A stretch of DNA of 64,000 bases. Origin: Acidobacteriota bacterium. GTDB lineage: Bacteria > Acidobacteriota > Thermoanaerobaculia > Multivoradales > Multivoraceae. The stretch spans positions 43,192 through 107,191 of the forward strand of contig QQVD01000057.1 in the NCBI GenBank assembly GCA_003388555.1, given 5' to 3'. Below are positions 58,601 to 64,000 of the stretch, piece after piece. Every line of letters starts with the position of its first letter. Position 1 is the stretch's first letter. Below the pieces are notes generated by a model, which had not been told where the DNA came from, made no database searches, and saw only the letters and a program-made list of their open reading frames with translations. The position numbers and the translations under genes are program-made.

Positions 58601-60229
58601 ATGTCTATTCGGGCACGCCTCGCTCTAGTACTCCTCGCCGCTGGCGCGCTCCTGGCGCCCCCATCGTTCGCCCAGGACACCTGCGGCGACGCGCTCAAGG
58701 TCCGCGACTTCGGCACCAGGAACAAGTTCTCCAGCCCCGTCACCACGGTGGAGGAGCTGCAGGCGCTGTTCCAGAACTCTGGTGACGACATCCGCCGGCT
58801 GCTCGCCGAGTCCGGCTTCCAGGGCAACCCCGACGATCTCTTCGCGGCGGTACGCAGCGGCGAGGGAGTGCGCTCGCAGTCGTACGCCCCCGGCCAGCGG
58901 CTCGGCTGGATGTTCTTCCGCCGCAGCGGCAAGCCGGTGGTGCGCGAGAACCTCTGCTGGGCCGGCAAGCAGCCGTTCCAGGGCTGGGAGATCCAGTTCA
59001 CCTCCGGTGACAACTGGTACGCGATGACGGTCCCCGAGGTGTGCGGCAACCTGTCGTTCCTCAACGAGATGCCGACCCCTAAGTGCGCCGTCTCCGTCAA
59101 CGACACCGCGGGCGAGACCTGCGAGAACACGACCATCCAGATCGACGCCACGGGCTCGTTGGCCCAGTCGGTCGAAGTGCAGGTGAAGGCACCGTCGGGC
59201 CGCACCACGACCCTCACCGCGAGCGACGCGCGCTCGGCGTACCGCTGGGAGTACGACTCCGACGAGCCGAAGGGCACCTTCGAGATCGCCGTCATCGGCA
59301 AGTCGCCGACCCCGCGGGGCAACGTGCTCGAGTGCCGCGCCGAGGCCGAGGTGACGCGTGACTGCTGCGTCTCCGCCGAGCCGACGATCTCCCTCACCGC
59401 CGACGCCACCCGCCTCGCTCCTGGCGAGGAGACCACCGTGCGCGCCAACCCCCGGGTGTCCGACTGCACCGAGATCGACAGCGTGACGATCGACGGCCAG
59501 CAGGTGGCGGCGCCGTACGAGCTTCCCTTCTCGCGACTCGACCCGGGCTCGTACCCGATCACCGGCCAGGTGCGTGACGGCCTGGGGCAGACTGCGAGCG
59601 CCTCGGTCACCGTCGAGGTCGTCGCTCCGGTCGCCCAGACCCGCGACAGCGACCGCTACTGGACCTTGCGGCCCTTCCTCGGCCCGGTGCAGACGGATGG
59701 CGACAGCGCGCGGTTCGACTTCGGCGATGGCGAGCGTCGGCGCTATGCCTCCGAATCGGGTTTCGGCTTCGGCGTCGAGGCCGAGTACCACTTCAATCCG
59801 CGAATCGGTCTCGGCTTCGGCGCCCTGCTCGCCGATCCCGGCATCTTCCTCGAGCTGGACATTGACGAGGCCTGGGACATGACGACCGAGGACACCGACC
59901 TGACGGTGGTGTTCATCGGACCGCTGTTCCACCTGACGCCAGAGAGGCGCTTCGACCTCTTCGTCGGCCCGCTGCTCGGCTGGGTGGACTACAGCTCGGT
60001 GAGTTGGAACCTGCTCGGCCAGAATGTTCGTGCCGACCTCGACGGCGACGTCACGCTCGGCGCGCAGGTCGGCTTCGACCTGCCCTTCCGGGCGGACGGC
60101 CCGCTCGGCCTCTACGTCGGAGCCATGTACTTCGGCTCCAAGGCCGAGGTGGAGTCTCCGAGGTTCGATCTGACCGTCAACCCGACCATGTTCCAGGTCG
60201 GTCTCTCCTACGACTTCGGCCGCCGCTGA
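58601..60229 (+). CDS. Secreted Cys-rich multidomain protein with C-terminal OmpW/OmpA-like small beta-barrel
   Basis: Signal peptide; nine Cys in the N-terminal/middle region; Ig/PKD-like GSYPITGQVRDGLGQTASASVTVEV; about eight amphipathic strands ending VGLSYDF. Confidence 0.78.
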   Translation: MSIRARLALVLLAAGALLAPPSFAQDTCGDALKVRDFGTRNKFSSPVTTVEELQALFQNSGDDIRRLLAESGFQGNPDDLFAAVRSGEGVRSQSYAPGQRLGWMFFRRSGKPVVRENLCWAGKQPFQGWEIQFTSGDNWYAMTVPEVCGNLSFLNEMPTPKCAVSVNDTAGETCENTTIQIDATGSLAQSVEVQVKAPSGRTTTLTASDARSAYRWEYDSDEPKGTFEIAVIGKSPTPRGNVLECRAEAEVTRDCCVSAEPTISLTADATRLAPGEETTVRANPRVSDCTEIDSVTIDGQQVAAPYELPFSRLDPGSYPITGQVRDGLGQTASASVTVEVVAPVAQTRDSDRYWTLRPFLGPVQTDGDSARFDFGDGERRRYASESGFGFGVEAEYHFNPRIGLGFGALLADPGIFLELDIDEAWDMTTEDTDLTVVFIGPLFHLTPERRFDLFVGPLLGWVDYSSVSWNLLGQNVRADLDGDVTLGAQVGFDLPFRADGPLGLYVGAMYFGSKAEVESPRFDLTVNPTMFQVGLSYDFGRR

Positions 60230-60325
60230 GGTCTTCGGTACGCGGCTCATCGGGGCGGCAGGCTCCGCCCGGTGAGCCCGCCTGTCGGTGATCGGGCTCG
60301 CGGGGAGACTCGCCGCTTGCCTCGG

Positions 60326-61054
60326 ATGCAGAGTCATCAGGATCGAACCGCCGACCACCCGGGACGCAGCAGCGACCGGGTGGTCGTGCTGTTCACCAAG
60401 CCGGCACGGCCGGGTCGGGTCAAGACCCGGATGACGCCCCACTACACAGCCGCCGAGGCCTGCTCGCTGCACGACGCGTTGTTGCGCGACGTCCTGGCGC
60501 AGACTGCGGTACCGGAGGCCAGCTACGAACTCGTCGTCGCCTGGGCGGTCGACGAAGGCGAGGCTCTGCCTGACGTCGGCGACTGGGTGGCCTCACCGGC
60601 GCCTCGCGTCGTGCGCCAATCGGGGAACGATCTCGGAGAACGCCTCGTGGCGGCGCTCGGGGACCAGTGCACTTTCGGCGCCGAGAGGGTGGCCGCGATC
60701 GGCTCGGACCATCCCGAGCTCGATCGTGATGGGCTCGAGGCCGCCTTCGCGGGACTCGACGATCACGACTGCGTGCTGGCGCCGGCGCAGGACGGCGGCT
60801 ACAGCCTGATCGCGCTGCGCTGCGAGGCGGTGGTCCCGGCCCTCTTCGAGGGCATCGACTGGAGCACGCCCCGAGTCCTCGAGCAGACCCTCTCGCGGCT
60901 CGAGGGGCACGGTCTCAGCGCGCTGCTGCTGGAGGTGATCCACGACATCGACGAGCCCGCCGATCTCGAGGCGCTGGCCCGCCGACTCGCCGCGAGCTCC
61001 GGCCCTGCCCGGGCCGTCGCCACCCTCGCCTGGTTCGAGGAGCACGGAAGATGA
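60326..61054 (+). CDS. DUF2064 / TIGR04282-family CofC-like transferase
   Basis: FTKPARPGRVKTR, QSGNDLGERL, IGSDHP, PAQDGGYSLI, WSTPRV, DIDEPADL. Confidence 0.88.
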   Translation: MQSHQDRTADHPGRSSDRVVVLFTKPARPGRVKTRMTPHYTAAEACSLHDALLRDVLAQTAVPEASYELVVAWAVDEGEALPDVGDWVASPAPRVVRQSGNDLGERLVAALGDQCTFGAERVAAIGSDHPELDRDGLEAAFAGLDDHDCVLAPAQDGGYSLIALRCEAVVPALFEGIDWSTPRVLEQTLSRLEGHGLSALLLEVIHDIDEPADLEALARRLAASSGPARAVATLAWFEEHGR

Positions 61055-62775
61055 CACCGCAGCAGCCGGAGAAACGGGTTGAGCAAGAAGAGGCGCGACA
61101 GGAAGCGCGACGTGGGGCGCGGCCCAGGGCGCGGCAGAGCCTGCAGTGGACGGGGCGATGGCTGGGCCAGCCGGTGCTCGAGGGAGACCAGGCCCGCCGC
61201 TTCGACCGCTGGGCGATCGACGACCTCGGCATGCCTGGCGCGGTGATGATGGAGAGCGCCGCCGCCGCGGTGGTCACCGAGCTGATGCGGCGCTGGCCCG
61301 CGGTGCGGCGGGTGCTGGTCGTCTGCGGTCCGGGCAACAACGGCGCCGATGGGCTCGCGGTGTCCCGGCTCCTCGTCGTGCGGGGGGTCGGCGCGGAGGC
61401 GGCCCTGCTGGCGCGGTCGAAGCTGGAGGACGAGCCGGAGAGCGATGCGGCGCTGCAGCTGCGTACGGTCCGCCGGCTCGGGGTCCCGCTGCACGACGAG
61501 CTTCCGGATCCCGCGTCGTTCGATCTCGTCGTCGACGCGCTCTTCGGTACCGGCCTGTCGCGGCCGCTCTCTGGACGCGCCGCCGACTGGGTCGGGGCGC
61601 TGAACGGCAGCGGCATGCCGATCGTGGCGGTGGACACGCCTTCGGGGTTGGCTGCGCCGGGTGAGGGCGAGGGCGATCCGGGCCCGCTGGTCCGGGCCGA
61701 CCTGACCGTCAGCTTCGTCGCCGCGAAGGGCGAGCAGCTCATCGGCAAGCGCGCCCGTGCCTGCGGCGAGCTGGTCGTCGCGCCGCTGGCGGTGCATCTG
61801 GGGGCCTGGCCCGCACTCGACGTCGGGCTGGAGCTCCTCGGAGGCAGCACGGTGGTGCAGTGGCTGGGCGGACCGCGGGACCCCGACAGCCACAAGGGCG
61901 GCTTCGGACACCTGCTGGTCGTCGCCGGCTCCCTCGGCATGTCGGGTGCCTGCCGGCTCGCCGCGGCAGCGGCCCTGCGCAGCGGCGTCGGCCTGCTCAC
62001 CGCCGCGCCTCCCCGGGCGGTGCGCGCCGAGGTGGCCAGCGCCCTGCCGGAGGCGATGACCCTCGACCTGCCGGGCGACGGTGACGGCGACGGGGCGCGA
62101 CTCGACGAATCCGCGGCCGGCGATCTTCTCGCCGACGGCGAGCGCTACTCGGCGCTGGCCCTGGGGCCCGGGCTCGGAAGGGGCGACGCCGTGCGCGCCG
62201 CCGTGCTGCGTCTGGTCCGGTCCTGTCCACGGCCTCTCGTCGTCGATGCCGACGGCCTCAACGCCTTCGCGTCGCTGGAGGAGATCGCCGACGTTCGCTC
62301 CGAGCAGGCCGGTGAAGCGGGCGGCCTGGTGCTGACGCCGCATCCCGGCGAGCTCGGTCGCCTGCTGGGCCTTCCTGCCGCCGCGGTGCAGGCCGATCGC
62401 CTCGCCGCGGTGAGGGAGGCCGCACGCCTGGCCGGCGCCGTGGTGCTGCTCAAGGGGCGCCACAGCCTGATCGCCGGACCTGCAGGCCGGGTCTGGATCA
62501 ACCCCACAGGCGGGCCTGCGCTGGCCACCGCGGGCAGTGGCGACGTGCTCACCGGAGTCGTTGCGGCGCTGCTGGCGCAAGGACTGGAGCCGCTGCTCGC
62601 GGCCGCGACGGGAGCCTTCGCGCACGGGCTCGCCGGCGAGCTCGCTGGCGCCGAGCAGGGCGAGCGCTCGGCCGTCGCGGGCGATCTGGTCGAGGCGCTG
62701 CCGATCGTGTTCCGGCAGCTGGACGATGTCGCGGCAGGGCGTCTCGAGGGGCCGGCACGGCCGGCGTGGCCGTGA
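61051..62775 (+). CDS. nnr: Bifunctional NAD(P)HX epimerase/dehydratase
   Basis: MESA, CGPGNNGADG, DALFGTG, VDTPSG, HKG, GPGLG, DADGLN, LTPHPGE, LATAGSGDVL. Confidence 0.93.
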   Translation: MTPQQPEKRVEQEEARQEARRGARPRARQSLQWTGRWLGQPVLEGDQARRFDRWAIDDLGMPGAVMMESAAAAVVTELMRRWPAVRRVLVVCGPGNNGADGLAVSRLLVVRGVGAEAALLARSKLEDEPESDAALQLRTVRRLGVPLHDELPDPASFDLVVDALFGTGLSRPLSGRAADWVGALNGSGMPIVAVDTPSGLAAPGEGEGDPGPLVRADLTVSFVAAKGEQLIGKRARACGELVVAPLAVHLGAWPALDVGLELLGGSTVVQWLGGPRDPDSHKGGFGHLLVVAGSLGMSGACRLAAAAALRSGVGLLTAAPPRAVRAEVASALPEAMTLDLPGDGDGDGARLDESAAGDLLADGERYSALALGPGLGRGDAVRAAVLRLVRSCPRPLVVDADGLNAFASLEEIADVRSEQAGEAGGLVLTPHPGELGRLLGLPAAAVQADRLAAVREAARLAGAVVLLKGRHSLIAGPAGRVWINPTGGPALATAGSGDVLTGVVAALLAQGLEPLLAAATGAFAHGLAGELAGAEQGERSAVAGDLVEALPIVFRQLDDVAAGRLEGPARPAWP

Positions 62776-63320
62776 CCGAGGGGAGGCACCTGAAGGGCCG
62801 GGCCGGCCAGACGGGTCGCGCGGGCCGCATGGACCACAGCGACGAGGCCGATCGGTCGAGTGAGATCGTGGGGGTTTGGGAAGTCGCCGACGAGGCGGCG
62901 ATGATCGAGCTCGGCGAGAGCGTCGGGCGCGCTCTCGCCGGTAGCTCGACGGTCCTGCTCCTGGTCGGCGACCTCGGCAGCGGCAAGACCACCTTCACCA
63001 AGGGCGTCGCGCGCGCGCTGGGGATCGACGCGGCCGAGGTCCTGTCGCCGACCTACACCCTGATCCACGAGTACGTCGGCAGGTCGGGCGCCACGCTCCT
63101 GCACGTCGATCTCTACCGGCTGGATCCCGAGGAGGTCCCTGCGACGGGTCTGGAGGAAGAGCTGGGACGAGCCGGCATCAAGGTCGTAGAGTGGGCCGAG
63201 CGGCTGCCGTGGGAAGAGCCCGGGGCGCTGCGTATCGAGTTCGAACTGCTGGCCGGCGGAGGGCGGCGCCTCAGCGCCCGCCGTGCCGCAGAGGCAGCGA
63301 CGGGTGGAGAAGAAGGATGA
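62772..63320 (+). CDS. tsaE: tRNA threonylcarbamoyladenosine biosynthesis ATPase
   Basis: GDLGSGKTTF, SPTYTL, HVDLYRL, VEWAE; follows nnr; start 62772 or 62829. Confidence 0.93.
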   Translation: MTEGRHLKGRAGQTGRAGRMDHSDEADRSSEIVGVWEVADEAAMIELGESVGRALAGSSTVLLLVGDLGSGKTTFTKGVARALGIDAAEVLSPTYTLIHEYVGRSGATLLHVDLYRLDPEEVPATGLEEELGRAGIKVVEWAERLPWEEPGALRIEFELLAGGGRRLSARRAAEAATGGEEG

Positions 63321-63327
63321 GTGCAGG

Positions 63328-64000
63328 ATGAACGGGATCCGCAGGCTCGGAGTGGTCGGCTGCGGTCAGATGGGCTCCGGCATCGCCGAGGTCGCCGCGC
63401 TGGCGGGGATCGAGACGGTCGCCCGGGAGGTCAGCGAGGAGCTGTGGCGGGCAGGCCGCGACCGTATCGAGGCCTCTCTCGAGCGCGCCCAGGCGAAGGG
63501 TCGGATCGAGGCCGACGCGGCCGCTGCGGCGTTGTCCCGTTTCCACGGCACCACCGAGCTCGCCGATCTGGCGCAGTGCGATCTGGTGATCGAGGCGGTG
63601 GTCGAGGACCTCGAAGTGAAGCAGCAGCTGTTCGGCCAGCTCGATGCGTTGCTGGAGCCGTCGGGGATCCTGGCCAGCAACACCTCGTCGCTCACCCTGA
63701 CCCAGCTGGCGGTGTGCACCCAGCGTCCAGACCGCTTCCTCGGCCTGCACTTCTTCAACCCGGTGTCGGCGATGCGTCTCGTCGAAGTGGTGCGGACCCT
63801 GATGACCAGTCCCGAGACCCTCGCCGCGGGCCACGAGTTCGTTCACCAGATCGGCAAGCAGGCGGTCGAGTGCAAGGACGGATCGGGCTTCGTGGTCAAC
63901 CGCCTGCTGGTGCCCTACCTGCTCGACGCGGTGCGAGCGCTCGAGCAGAACGTCGCCAGCATGGAGGACATCGACACCGGGATGAAGCTCGGCTGCGGGC
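63328..64000 (+). CDS. 3-hydroxybutyryl/3-hydroxyacyl-CoA dehydrogenase (runs off window end)
   Basis: Hand translation from ATG 63328: LGVVGCGQMGSGIA, VIEAVVED, ASNTSS, GLHFFNP, GFVVNRLL. Confidence 0.92.
   Translation, partial: MNGIRRLGVVGCGQMGSGIAEVAALAGIETVAREVSEELWRAGRDRIEASLERAQAKGRIEADAAAAALSRFHGTTELADLAQCDLVIEAVVEDLEVKQQLFGQLDALLEPSGILASNTSSLTLTQLAVCTQRPDRFLGLHFFNPVSAMRLVEVVRTLMTSPETLAAGHEFVHQIGKQAVECKDGSGFVVNRLLVPYLLDAVRALEQNVASMEDIDTGMKLGCG

Overview
A very GC-rich bacterial chromosomal segment, mostly + strand. The diderm gene set (lpxB, outer-membrane barrels) and lineage-typical secreted-protein motifs suggest Acidobacteriota, probably Thermoanaerobaculia-like; this is inference, not a search result. 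About 50 CDS were called. No rRNA, tRNA, CRISPR array or transposase was recognised. Layout: (1) 1-11.4 kb is an accessory block of secreted/surface proteins (two with a shared FxDGFESG tail, a fibre-like FTYxG protein, a beta-helix protein, an EEP/beta-lactamase fusion, an ELWxxDGT protein, a VWA protein). (2) 11.5-35 kb is mostly housekeeping (comM-like, orphan antitoxin, thyA, folA, queG, rpsA-ihfB-lpxB-yicC-gmk-rpoZ-coaBC-UDG, SSS transporter, BTAD regulator, two glycosyltransferases). (3) 35-50 kb holds an M16 peptidase, a PQQ-like propeller, a UbiB kinase, a TAXI-TRAP transporter, a PaaK-like ligase and a dynamin-like GTPase. (4) 50-58 kb is the best candidate for an undescribed system: three secreted PQQ-like beta-propellers, an unannotated 40-aa ORF, an Fe-containing alcohol dehydrogenase and an atypical HemN-like radical SAM enzyme. 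(5) 58.6-64 kb holds a passenger plus small-barrel protein, a DUF2064 protein, nnr, tsaE and a truncated 3-hydroxyacyl-CoA dehydrogenase. Many starts were moved by eye relative to the ORF track and are approximate. All family assignments come from motif recognition, not database searches.
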